From assembly GCF_009914755.1 (NCBI RefSeq), contig NC_060929.1: a stretch of 64,000 nt of DNA; one strand, given 5' to 3'. The stretch is from the human T2T-CHM13v2.0 reference genome, Homo sapiens. The stretch's first letter is position 1; each line of letters opens with the position of its first letter. The position numbers were made by a program, and so were the translations under genes. This document shows, one piece after another, positions 13,854 through 26,302 of the stretch. The notes below the pieces were generated by a model that saw only the letters and a list, made by a program, of their open reading frames with translations, did not search any database and was not told the DNA's origin.

Positions 13854-14241
13854 CTTATGGGCTGAGTTATGTTCCCCACAGATTCATATGTTGAAGTCCT
13901 AACTCCTAGTACCTCAAAATGAGACTGTACTTAGAGACAGGACCTTTAAAGAGATAATTAAAGTAAAACAAGGTCATATGGGTAGACCCTCATCCATATG
14001 ACTGATGTCCTTATAAGAAGAGATTAGGACACAGACACACAAAAACCAAGGGGTGATGGCTGTATAAGGGTACAGTGGGAAGGTGGCCATCTACAAGGCA
14101 GAGAGAAAAGCCTGAGAAGAAACGGAACCTGCTAACATCTTGAAGTTGGACCTCTAGCTTCCAGAACTCTGATAAAATAAATTTCTGTGTTCAAGCGACC
14201 CAGTCGGGTATTTTGTTTTGGCAGATCTAGAAAACTAATAT
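13854..14241 (+). mobile_element. MaLR solo LTR (MLT1A-like)
   Basis: ATTCATATGTTGAAGTCCTAAC...GTCCTTATAAGAAGAG...AATAAATTTCTGTG...AAACTAATA. Confidence 0.8.
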
Positions 14242-16279
14242 AAAAATTCAATATTTCATTCTGTGCTTTTAAAGTTTACTTTCCCTGAATCTGTGTCCAA
14301 TAAGTAGAGCATTATTAAGAATTAAGAACAAAGGAAAATAACCATGAATAACTTTTCTGTCTATTTGTACTTGATTCATGTTTTAGTCAAATCTCTTGCA
14401 TACTATTGTTATCTAATAAAAATATATTTGGCTAACTCAGAAGTGGATTCCTGAATCTAAAAATCTTGAATGCTCCTACATTAGAGAAATAGTAGAATAT
14501 AAGAGTTGAAAGTAACTTTAGGAGCTGGATAGCCTGGAATCATGTTGTGGTTCTGTAAATTAATCCATAAAATGGGCACATAACCTATTTTATAGGGTTG
14601 TTATGACGATTAAATGAGTTGATGAATGTAAAGTTTAGAAAATTATGATTATTTCCTTAACAGCCTGTAATATAGTGACAATGAACTTGCAATTCATATA
14701 TCTAACACCAGATGACAGTGTGGCCACCCAAGGTTAGATAGCTATGTAGTCCAGTAGACGCGCTAGCATGACTGTCTGAAATACAGGACCACCAAATTCC
14801 AGAAGATTTCTATGAAAATAAGATGAATTTAAAATCTCTATGCAAATACCAGGTCACATAAATATTCACAAAATAAAAGTTTAAATAAAACATCTGATTT
14901 ATTACTTACTGTCACCATTAGTTACTTTCTGTCACTATTCAAATCCTGGATCTATAGTTTACTGTCTGAATAATCTTTGAAAAGTTTATCTTTTATAAGC
15001 TTAAATTTTCTTATATGTAAAATACTACATGAATTTAACAAAATTTTGTTGAATTCCTTCTATACGTCACATTTGTTCAACGAGCTGGGGAGATAGCATC
15101 TTAGAAAAACGACGGAAATCCTTGCCTTTATGAAGCTTATATTCTACTGACTAGAATCTAGTGATTAACCAAAGAACCCCTATCATTTAAAAGCAGAGAC
15201 AGATTGTGTACCAGGATGTTAAAGTGAAAATCTCTACATCAGTTTTCACTGAATCCCCAAAGGCCCAGAATGAAATGACAGATTCAGAGTACCTCTACAT
15301 TTTGTAGCAATGTGTTAGATAGACCATTGATGCAGTACTTGCAAAGGGGATGGTCAACAACTGCAAACTTTAGCTCAATACATGCCTCAAGCATATAAAA
15401 GAATATGGACAGGTGAATGAATGGATTCTTTTAAAAGACAACTTATTGAGAGAAAGTTGTTGGAGAACTGTGCATAATCACCATAGTGCAGGGTGGGTAA
15501 TATTTTTTCTCAACTAAATGAGAAAGGGATCCTCAAGAGAGTCACTGGGAGTTGTTGACATGAGACCCCTAGCAATGAAGCACATGAAAACTGTGAGAGG
15601 TTATGGCTGCTTAAGGCTGAGGGCACAGGGCCAAGAGAAAAGAGCTGCACTGGAAGTAATGTACACTTGTATGGCTAACCGGCAAAAAAGCACAAGTGTT
15701 TCTCACAGACCAGAAATAAACTCCAAGGGTATTAAGAATCCCTATCTGAAAGGACAATGTGATACCCATAAAGGGGATGGGCCATCAGATAGATGCACAG
15801 GGCATGTGGAAAGAACAGTGGTTTCTGGTTGGGGCGAGGTATTGCCAGCCTCACAGTCCAAGGGCCCCAGCAGCAGTGTCTTTGAGGAGTCAACCAGAGA
15901 AACAATAAGCACGGAGAGATCACCCCAGGGTGGTCCCAGAGGATAGATCTGTGCCAGACGAGTAAAACTTTCCTGTTCTTTACTTCTCCTCCCACCCTTA
16001 CCCCAACTCCAACTCTGAAATAAGACTCATGGAGAGCAAGAGGGAAGAAATCTGCCCGACCAGTCCCAGCTTTTTCACTGCCGACTTTCAGTCCAAAGCA
16101 GGCCATGCTGGGGCAGGGAAGGAACGCTCACTCTGAAGTGACTTTGGAACGTTAACTGTTACACTGCACCAAACATTTTCATTACAAAAACAAGAATATT
16201 CTTGTACCTAGAGGGGATTAGACAATTTATGTTATTACTGAAGTTATGAAAACTATTATGGGACCTGCCTAAGTTCTCA

Positions 16280-16552
16280 TCCAGAGACAGGAAAATACCT
16301 AGCCTTCTCCAAGTAGAGTGAAAATATATTTAACATGAATAAAGTACTTAACATGGTAAATATTTTCTGTTTTCATCATTGTTCTTCTAATCAGCCCTTG
16401 TAACTTGCTTGGGTCTGGTCCAGAGACAGGAAAATACTTTGTCTTCTTCAAGTAGAGTGAAAACAGATTTAACATGTATAATGTGCTTAACATGGTATTT
16501 TCTGTTTTCATAATTTTCCTTCTAATCAGCCCTTGTAACTTTCTTGGCTCTG
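16280..16552. repeat. Diverged tandem duplication, ~139-bp unit x2
   Basis: TCCAGAGACAGGAAAATAC starts at both 16280 and 16419. Both copies carry CAAGTAGAGTGAAAA and CTTCTAATCAGCCCTTGTAACTT. Confidence 0.9.
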
Positions 16553-17689
16553 AGTCATACAGCCCTCCTACTGAGGACTGAATGAAGGTGTACATGCCAA
16601 AATAGTGTACTGGGAAGAGTGGACCAAACAGAACTCACATACTCTTCCATCCACACCTCGGGGCTGGCTCAGCCCTCTAGGGCCCAAAGGGAGGGGAAAA
16701 TCTCTTTCTTGAATGCCTGATTCAGTTTTTCCTATCCTCAGCACACAGTCCTGTGAGCAGAAAGAACAACAGGTAAGAATATTTGTTTCAATTAAGGAAA
16801 AAAGTCAGAGGTGCTTGTTCAGAACAGCTCCTGGTACTAGCAAGCCCTCATTAGGTATTTGTAGAATGAGTACATGCATGATGTTTGTGGCAGCATGAGG
16901 GAGATTGGATTACTTCTGGGATTATGGTGGTAAACCAGCTCTGGCCACGAAAGCAAAATGGAGTAATTTGAATCGTGCCTTCAGAAACATTTCTTTTCCA
17001 CAAGACCATAGGCATAGGGTGTTTTCACTGTAGAATGCCACTCCTTTCAGTAAAGGCGGCATTTTTCAATGTGATGTTCTGCCAATACTTCCAGGTATTA
17101 ATAGTAATATATAGAAGAAATAAAAGGCTAATTTGACTTTTATTTGGAAAATGCTGTACACTTTGTCCTCCCCACTTGGATATATATATTAGCATATTAT
17201 GGAGTCTTTGAAATTGCAAAGGTTAATTTTGCTAAACCCAGTGTATTTACTAACTTTATAGGAGGTCAGAATACTTTTTCTTTCAGCATGCTTGTCAATA
17301 TCCCTCTGACTAGTGTTCTGTTTAGCAAAATTCTGGAAAAGACAGATGAAGGTCTTGTCTCCAGAAAGGCCCTGTGCAATGGAGCAACAGTAAGTAAGTT
17401 AGTGTGGAAATTATCACCAGCCACAGTCCTCTGAAGTAGAGAGCAGAGCTGCAAGAGAGCAGCATTCATGAGGAGACGTAACTTCTGAGGAAGTGATGAA
17501 GAATCAAGAAAGGACTGAAAATCACTGTACCCAAAAGATGGGAAGGCCAAAAGGGAGTGGGAGCCTAATGGAGAAATGAAGTGTTTCACAATTTTGAGTA
17601 AGGCAAGACTCAGAACTATTTCTTGTTACTATAGGGAACAAAAGACTGAAGAAGTGCCTTAGTCTGTAATTTAGTAATAGTGAATTTTA

Positions 17690-17900
17690 TTTATTAAGAT
17701 TTCTACATCGCTCACTGTGTGGCAGGCACTGTTCAGAGCACATTACAAATATTAATTCATGAAATCCTCAAAATAACCCTATAGGGTAGGTACTATTATT
17801 GTCACCCCCATTTCACAGATAAGAGAACTGAGGCATGAATACATTTACTAACTCACAGGCCAGGACGCCAGCCCAGGTCACCTGACTCCAGTGCCCACAC
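17690..17900 (-). mobile_element. MIR
   Basis: TATTATTGTCACCCCCATTTCACAGATAAGAGAACTGAGGC is the reverse MIR core. Confidence 0.8.
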
Positions 17901-18919
17901 TGTATGCTGCCTTTTCAAATCCATCAAGTGGAACACAAGACACTGCTGAGGGTGATCCCATACCATTGAGTAGTGCAAACTTCAACTGCAAATATAAAGA
18001 GAAAACTCCCCCTCTTCTGTGTCCTCTGAAATGGGAGACAATTCTTCACCTTAATCAAAAGTGACTGACATTAATGTTTATACCTGTAGCTTCTTGATAT
18101 AACCTTTTATATACCCAAGATGAAACTAAAATCGATGTGGAGGATAGTGTTCTAGGTAAAACAACTTAAGTGATAAAACATGTTACCTCAGCAATGTTGC
18201 CTGAGGGGCAGACTTACATATTTCATGAAAAATGTTAGGCAGAAGGTCTTGATGTCATTTCTTGCACCATTTAATCAGATTTAGCTCCAGAAATAGGAAT
18301 GGAAAAGGCTATATTTTTCTTTTTAAAAATATAACTCATATTTTGGTATAAAAGTAATTTGTGCACACTACAGATAATTTTCAAAAACATAAAATTATAA
18401 CTAAGCAAGTAAAAAATATGTAAAATCCCACTAGCCAGAAACAACTACACTGATTATTTCCTTATAGTCCTTTTTTCCATGTTGAATATATGCGTGTGTG
18501 TTTAACATAACTGAGGTCATTTTGAATATATTTCACATCTTACACATTTTACTTAATGTTATATTATGAACATTTTCTTAAAATCCCGACGTCTCTAAAA
18601 ATCTTTGTATAACTATAATGTTTGTTCTAATGTCTGCCATCTTGTTTTAAGTTTTTATTATGTTTCAGTGCCAGTTTTTACTCTTTCAATACAAAGAATA
18701 GGCTTCTTTTGCTTTTATCTTCTGCATTGATTTGTATGGTTTTCCGTTCTTGTTTGTACTTACTCTTGAACAAAGAGGTTTCTAATTATGGAAGTCAAGA
18801 TTGAAACTGACTTTCGACTCAGTCTACCTTAACAGATGAGAATGTTTTTATTTCCTCATACTTGTCCTCCTCCACTCCTTAATCTCTGGTAATATCATTT
18901 GGGGTTTAAACTATTATTT

Positions 18920-19400
18920 AACTATGTATATCTGTATGAAGAATATGTAAACATATATTTTTAAAGATATATTTATTTGTAAGATTATAAAGATATAATG
19001 TATCTTTAAAGATAGATATAAAACTTTTATATAAAAAAGTCCTATAAATATATATAAAAATATATATTGAAAAATATAAATATACAATATATATTTATAT
19101 ATTTAAATATCAATATGTATTTTAATATATTTATTTTTCAATAAATTAAAAGAATATATAAATATATGTATAATATATTAAATATATAATATACATTAAT
19201 ATATGTATAATATATTAAATATATAATATACATTAATATATGTTTAATATGTAATACATATTATACATGTTAAATTATATATTTATATTATATATTTTAA
19301 AATAAATTAAATTATATATAATTTATTATGTATAATATATTTATTATATAATATCTACTATACATATTTTAAAGATATATTTAAAGCATATATGTATTAT
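18920..19400. repeat. AT-rich low-complexity tract with a 37-bp tandem unit
   Basis: Almost pure A/T. ATATATGTATAATATATTAAATATATAATATACATTA repeats from 19162. Confidence 0.9.
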
Positions 19401-19561
19401 TTAAAGGTGAATTAACATTTGCAATAAATTTTGTGATTAATTTATACAGAAAGAATTTTAAACATATAATATATTGCAAAAATAAAAACAGTATAAAGAA
19501 CAAACACTCCTTAACCTTTACCCAAATTCACCTACTCTTAACATTTTATCCTATTTGAGTG

Positions 19562-19621
<60 letters not shown>
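19562..19621. repeat. Compound (CT)n(CA)n microsatellite
   Basis: Directly visible. Confidence 0.97.
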
Positions 19622-19625
<4 letters not shown>

Positions 19626-19989
19626 AACACATAATGTTAAGAGCAGGCAAATATATACTTTTTTTCCCCGAGCTATTTGAAGACGATGAGAATCATCAGC
19701 AGGTGCTATATCCAGGAGGAAGTGTTGATGAGGAGTAGGATATCTGCATGATCTTAACGTGCTTCCCCATAAATTGCTTATTAATTGCAAGGCAGATTAA
19801 TAAAAAGCAGTACTTCTAGAATGGGTACATTGGGCAACACTTTGACCTAATGATCAAAATTACCATCATCAGTGAAGGACAGATGTGTCTCCAGATGTGA
19901 TACCTTGAGGAAGACAGAACATCACATAGTCAATCGTATTTCACTTCAATTTAACCATATGGAAACATCAAACAGAAAAATTGATAGGA

Positions 19990-22900
19990 AAAAAAAAGAC
20001 AAAAAAATCAGTAAGCAGTAAGGACATAGAAGACTTGAAAAACACTATCATCAACCAACTTGACCTGACCAATGTTTATAGAACACTCCACCCAACAGGG
20101 ACAGAGTCCACATTCTTTTTAATTTGCACAGGCAACATTTACTAAGATAGACTATATTATGGGCCATAAAACTAGTTTCAATGAATTTTAAATGATTCAA
20201 ATTATATGAAGTATGTTCTCTGAACACAGTGGAATTAAGTTAGAAATTAATAACAAAAATATCTCTAGTCAATTTTTCAATATTTGCACATTAAAATAAC
20301 ACACTTTTAAAAACCCACAAGTTAAAAAGGAAATCAAAAGAAAAATTTGCAAGTATTTTGAGTGGAATAAATATGAAAATACAACATTTCAAAATCTGTA
20401 AGATGCAGCTAAAGCAGTGCTTAGAAGGCAAGGTCTGTGTTAGAAAAGAATAAAAGCCTCAAAACAGTAATCCCAACTTCCACTTTAAGTAACTAGGAAA
20501 AAGAAGAGCAAGTTAAACCTAAAATAAGCAGAGAAAAGAAAATAGCAATGATCAGAGCTGAAATCAATGAAATAGAAAACAGAAAAACAATTAAGAAAAT
20601 CAATGAAACCAAAATCTGGTTATTTGAGAAGATCAACAAAATTGATACACTTTTATGTATACTAATTGGCATAAAAAGAATGAAAATACAAATTAAAAAT
20701 ATCAGAAAGGAGAAAGGTACATACTTAGATGTCCTATAGATATTCAAAGAATAATAAAGGATAATTATTATGAACAATTTAATGCCAATACATTTGACAA
20801 CTTGGAAGAAATGAACAAATTCCTTGAGAGATACAAACTACCAAAGTTTGCCACTCATGAAGAAATAGATCACCTGCATAGTACTATATTTATTTTAAAA
20901 ATTGAATTTTTAGCTTGAAATATTCCCATAAAAAATTTTCACTGGTAAATTTTATCTAAAATTTAAGAAAGAAAGAATACCAATACAAAGTCATCTGGAA
21001 ATCCAAAGAGAAGGGTATACTTTTCAGCTCTTTCTGTGAGGCTAGAACCACTCTGATACAACACAAGAAAATCATCCTCTATGAACATAGATACAAAATC
21101 CTTTATGAACATAGATACAAAATTTTAAACAAAATTTTAGCAAATCAAAGCCAATAATACTTTAAAAAAAGACACTATATAATGAGCAAATGGAGTTTAT
21201 CTCAGGATATAAGATTGGAATCACATTTGAAAATCAAACATTGTAAATTGCCATATTAATAGACTAAAGGAGAAAAATTATGATCATCTCAATAGATGCA
21301 GAAGAAGAATTAGACAAAATTCAACATCTCTTTATGATAAAACCTCTCAAAAACTGGGATTAGAAAAGAACCTCCTCAATCTAATAAAGAATGACAAACC
21401 CTACAGTTAACATTATATTTATTGGTGAAAGACAGTATTTTCCCCCTAAAATTAGGAACAAACCAAAGATGTTCACTAGCATCATTTCTATTCAGCATTT
21501 TACTAGAGATTCTAGCCAGTGCAATAAGGCAAGAAAAGGAAATTTTAAAAAAAATCTATGTCAGGAAGGACAAATAAAAATTATTTGCAGAAAAAATTAT
21601 TTTTTAAGTAAAAAATTATAAGTACTCAACAAAATTCTTCTAGAATGCAAAGTGAGTTTGCTAAGGTGGCAGGACACCAGGTCAGTATTTTAAAAAGCAG
21701 TTGTATTTGTATAAATTATCAAGAAAAAATTAGAAATTGTCATTGAAATATACAACTCACAAGACAAAAAATATGAATTACTTAAGGGTAAATCTGACAG
21801 AAAATGCTCAAGACCTATACCATGAAAGCAATCAAATAGCACTAGGAGATATTAAAGAAGATCTAAATAAATGGGAGATATGCCATGCTCATGGTTTGGA
21901 AGACTCTATCATTAATATGTTAGTTATACCCAAAATGTTTTATAACTCTGACACAATCCCAATCAAAATAACAGGAGGCTATTTTATAGAAATAAGATGA
22001 TTCTGAAATTTAAACTGGGTTTCATCGAGATTAAGAACTTTTGCTTTTCCAAAGAAACTATTAACTAAATGAAGACAATCTATGATCCAGGAGAAGGATT
22101 ATACATCATATATTTGATACAGGGCTTATATCCAGAGTATATTTTTTAAAAACACTCAAATACAATTGAAAATAAGCAGAAGTTTGCAATGTATACTTTA
22201 CTAAAGAGATGTATGGATTGCAAATAAACATATGAAAAGTGCATAACATCGTTAGTCATTAGGGGACTGTAAATTAAAGCCACAATATAATACCACTATC
22301 CTTGCTAGAGTTATTAAAATTAAAAATATTGATGATACTAAGTGCTGGCAAGGAAGTAAAAAAAACGAGAATCCTCATATACTGCTGGTGGGGATGTAAA
22401 ATGGTACAACCACTTTGGAAAAGAGTTTGGCAGCTTTTTAAAAAATTAAACATATACCTGTTATTTGACACAGTCATTCTACTCCTAGGTAACACCCAAG
22501 ATAAATAAAAGCATATACACACAAACACTTGGACAGGAGTGTTCGTAGCAGCCTTATTTGTAATGTCTGTAAGCAGGTGAATTGTGATATGGATATACCA
22601 TGGAATTCTATTTAGTATTAAAATAGAAGAAACTATAACTACATGCAATAACATGAATTAGTCTCCATATAATTGTGAGTGTAAGAAGCCAGGTGAAAAA
22701 GAATGCATACTATATCATTTAATTTATATAACATTTTAGAATATAAAAACAAATCTAATGAGAGAAAGCAGATCACTGGTTGCCTGGATGGGTTGGGGGA
22801 AAGGCTGTTGGTGGTTCAGAGAATTATGGGGAGCTGTGAGAAAAAAAACACAGGAGGCAACTCTTGGGATTGAGAGATATCTTCATTATCTTGATTGTTG

Positions 22901-23000
22901 TGACAGCTTAAGGAGTGTGTACATATGTTCATACTTATCAAGTTGGACTTTTAAATAAGTACAGTTTATTATATTTTAGTTGTACCTCAGTAAATCAATA
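19990..23000 (+). mobile_element. Old L1M (L1MD-like) ORF2 remnant and 3' UTR
   Basis: ORF 20548-20739 (IRAEINEIENRKTIKKINETKIWLFEKINKID) and 22302-22508 (CWWGCKMVQPLWK) match ORF2p. L1MD-type 3' end AGAAAGCAGATCACTGGTTGCCTGG. Confidence 0.85.
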
Positions 23001-23379
23001 AACAATAATAGCTGACACAAAGTGTTCTTTTAAAATGTCAGGCACTGTTTTTAGTTCTTTATATAATATATATAAGACATATATAAACATATTTAGAACA
23101 ATACTTAGGTACTCAATAAATATTAGTTGAAAATAAATCCAGTTTATATAAAATTTCTTTCAATGGCATATAGTAAACATTTTATCTCTGATTACATATA
23201 AAAATAATAGGTTCCCTTTGATACATGTTTGGACTAAACAAAAAAATACCTGGTCAAAAGGCTTTCTTACACGTGGAACCCAATGACAAAAACAGTAAGA
23301 ACAGTAGCCACAATCATACCTCTCTCTCTCTCTGTCCCTCTCTCTCTCTCCCTCTATATATACTCAATATACATATGTG

Positions 23380-23711
23380 CAGGTGTCCTCAACCCCTGGA
23401 TATGTGTATTCCTGTTAGAAACTGGGCTACACAGCAGGAGGTGAGCAGCCAGCAAGCAAGCACTACCACCTGAGCTGCCCCTCCTGTCAGATCAGCAGCA
23501 GCATTAGATTCTCATAGGAGCAAGAACCCTATAGTGAACTGCACATAAAAGGGATCTAGGTTGCACACTCTTTATGAGAATCTAACTAATGCCTGATGGT
23601 CTGAGGTGGAACGGTTTCATCCCGAAACCATCCCCCCACCACACCTCATCTGTGGAAAAATTGTCTTCCACAAAACCAGTCCCTGGTGCCCAAAATGTTA
23701 AAAGACCACTG
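23380..23711 (+). mobile_element. MER1B (hAT-Charlie non-autonomous DNA transposon)
   Basis: CAGG...CACTG termini. 8-bp TSD CATATGTG / CATATATG (23372-23379, 23712-23719). Internal CCTCCTGTCAGATCAGCAGCAGCATTAGATTCTCATAGGAG. Confidence 0.88.
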
Positions 23712-24151
23712 CATATATGTATATATACATTCATACAGTATTATTACAGGGATTTTATATCCATCTAAGTGGATTAGATTTATTTTGAAGAATCTATTCA
23801 TGGTATCTAAAAGGTAGAGATTTCAAAGTTAATTTATTAACAAGGTACATGAAACAGTTATTGTTCAAGGAATATTTTTAAAAGATGAATCCATGCACAA
23901 TCTTGTTTCTCAAATTATTTATATATTCATGTAAAAGCCTTTTAATGAAAATAACTTCCAATATTTAAAAAAGTTGGTTTTGATCCCATAGCCAGAAAGT
24001 TGCTGCTATTTATGAAAATCACCACTCTTTGTATAGTCTCTAGTTGAAAATGCTAAATAAAATAAATTCTATTTCCAAAATTATCTTGTCATTGAAGTTA
24101 GCATTATTTGTGTAACACTAATTAGAGACAACTAAAAATAAAGTTAGTCAC

Positions 24152-24586
24152 TGATACAGTTTGGATATGGGTTGTTTGTCCCCACCAAAACTAATGTTGA
24201 AATTTGATTCCCAATATGGTGGTGCTGGGAGATGGAGCCTAATGGAAGGTGTTTGGGTCATGGAGGCAGATCCCCCATGAATGGCTTGGTGTCTATTTTC
24301 CTGCTAGTGAGTGAGTTCTCCATCTGACAAGACTGATTAGTTCTCACAGAAATGTTCCTGAGAGAGTGGTTTGTTATAAGCCAGGGCATCCCTCAAGTAT
24401 TCTCTCTTTCTACATATTTGCTTCCTCTCCATCATGTTATGAGGCAGCACAAAAGTCCTCACCAGAAACCACAGCCATGTTCTTGAACTTCCCAGCCTAC
24501 AGAACCATGAGCTAACTAAAATTATTTTCTTATAAACTATCAAGTCTCAGGCATTCTGTTACAGCAACATAAAATGGACTAAGACA
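24152..24586 (+). mobile_element. MaLR solo LTR (MSTB-like)
   Basis: TGATACAGTTTGGATAT...GGTGTTTGGGTCATGGAGGCAGATCCC...AAATGGACTAAGACA. Confidence 0.85.
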
Positions 24587-24716
24587 AGTATTTAATGATT
24601 TAATATCAGGAAATAAAAAATAATCCTATCTCTTATCTACTTTTTCATAATTTAAATATCATGCTGTTATTACTCACAAACTCTGGTTTATCAGAGGACT
24701 GAGCTCACTGCAGAGT

Positions 24717-25000
24717 TTATTTTTATTTTTATTTTTTTGGAGACGGAGTTTCACTCTCGTTGCCCAGGCTGGAGTGCAATGGTGAGACCTCGGCTCACTG
24801 CAACTCCGCCTCCAGTGTTCAAGCGATTCTCCTGCCTCAGCCTTCTGAGTAGCTGAGATTACAGGCATGCCCCACCATGCCTAGCTAATTTTTTGTATTT
24901 TTAGTAGAGATGGGATTTTACCATGTCACCCAGCCTGGTCTCGAACTCCTGACTTCAAGTGATCCACCCGCCTCAGCCTCCCAAAGTGCTGGGATTACAG
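24717..25000 (-). mobile_element. AluS, slightly 5'-truncated
   Basis: Reverse Alu from T-rich tail to CCCAAAGTGCTGGGATTACAG. Confidence 0.93.
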
Positions 25001-25516
25001 TTAATTTTTTTAATAGTAAAGTTAAGATGTAAGCTTTAAAAAATGGAGAGGAAAGAAGTATGAAAAAGAGGAGGTAGAATAATGAAGGTTTCTACTATTT
25101 AAGTTTGAAAGATTACACTAAATATGCATACTAAATATGTAATTTCCAAAATCACCATTTAGCCTTGAGCTTATATTTAATTAGTTCATCAAACATTCAA
25201 TATTTACTAAACTTGTATACTTAAGGAACTTTGAGAGGCACTATCATGGTTGATTCTTAAATCTCCAAGAAAAACAATATATGTTTTAAAAACAGCATAA
25301 GACTGGAAATTGAACCTTGTGAAACACATTTAGGAGGGATATGGAAGATGTAAGTGTGTTTATCATGATAATTATATTGCAAAGTAACCTGGCTCAGACA
25401 GCAAGCAGTTCATGTAGATGATGGTAAGTAGTATATTACAGCCAGCCACAATTTTTGTTCTCTTCTCATTTTTTGGTACTCCTATTAAAATTCAGTTAAG
25501 AAAGAATTATCATTTT

Positions 25517-25587
25517 CATCATCATCATCATCATCATCACCACCACCCCGGAACTGGTGTTAGTATTTCCCTCTGTCTCTCACACAC

Positions 25588-25619
<32 letters not shown>
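25517..25619. repeat. (CAT)n/(CAC)n and (CA)n microsatellites
   Basis: Directly visible. They create the spurious poly-His ORF 25418-25831. Confidence 0.9.
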
Positions 25620-25621
<2 letters not shown>

Positions 25622-26149
25622 TACACAAAACAGCAAAGTTTTGGATCGGATTGCCTAAGTATCAGAATTTTCTTTCTATCAACTTTCTTATACCATGTCT
25701 TAAAATGTAAGTACCCAGATTTTTGGTTTTTGTCAAATCACTTGCCAAATGTGCTCGCTTTCCTTCTTTCCCTCCTCCTTTCCTTCTCTCAACAGTTATT
25801 GAGCACTTTACTATGTACTAGCACAGAATAATATTGTGGATGAAAGAAAGGAAAAAAAAGCTATGGTCCCAGACCTATGCTTTTCACAAGACCTGGAGGA
25901 TTGCTGAGCAGTGATTCAATGCTTATCAGGCCTGTGCTGAATATCTTGAGGGTTAGGAGATTTCAGGGAGCAAAGAATCTGACCACAAAGCTATTGGCTG
26001 TATCTGACCAGGTTGTGGGAAGAAAGAAAATTGCCAGTCCAGGATTTGCAGCAACGGAAAGGCAAGAACAAAAACTGTGACTAAAGAGATATGATAAAGC
26101 TACGCTAGGTTAAAGGAAGAAAAGATGTTTACACTCCAGGAATGTAGCA

Positions 26150-26258
26150 CTATCTCTTGTCTCTTTGTCTCTCTGCCTGTTTCTCTATGTCTGTCTTTCT
26201 GTTTTGTTCTGTCTCTCTCTGTCTCTGTCTCTCTCTCTCTCTCTCGCCCAGCCCCCCC

Positions 26259-26300
<42 letters not shown>
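26150..26300. repeat. CT-rich tract followed by (CA)n
   Basis: Directly visible. Confidence 0.9.

Positions 26301-26302
<2 letters not shown>

Noticed and set aside
16280-19400. Repeated units considered as a CRISPR-like array
   Set aside because: Only two or so adjacent copies with no unique spacers, in eukaryotic DNA with no cas genes.
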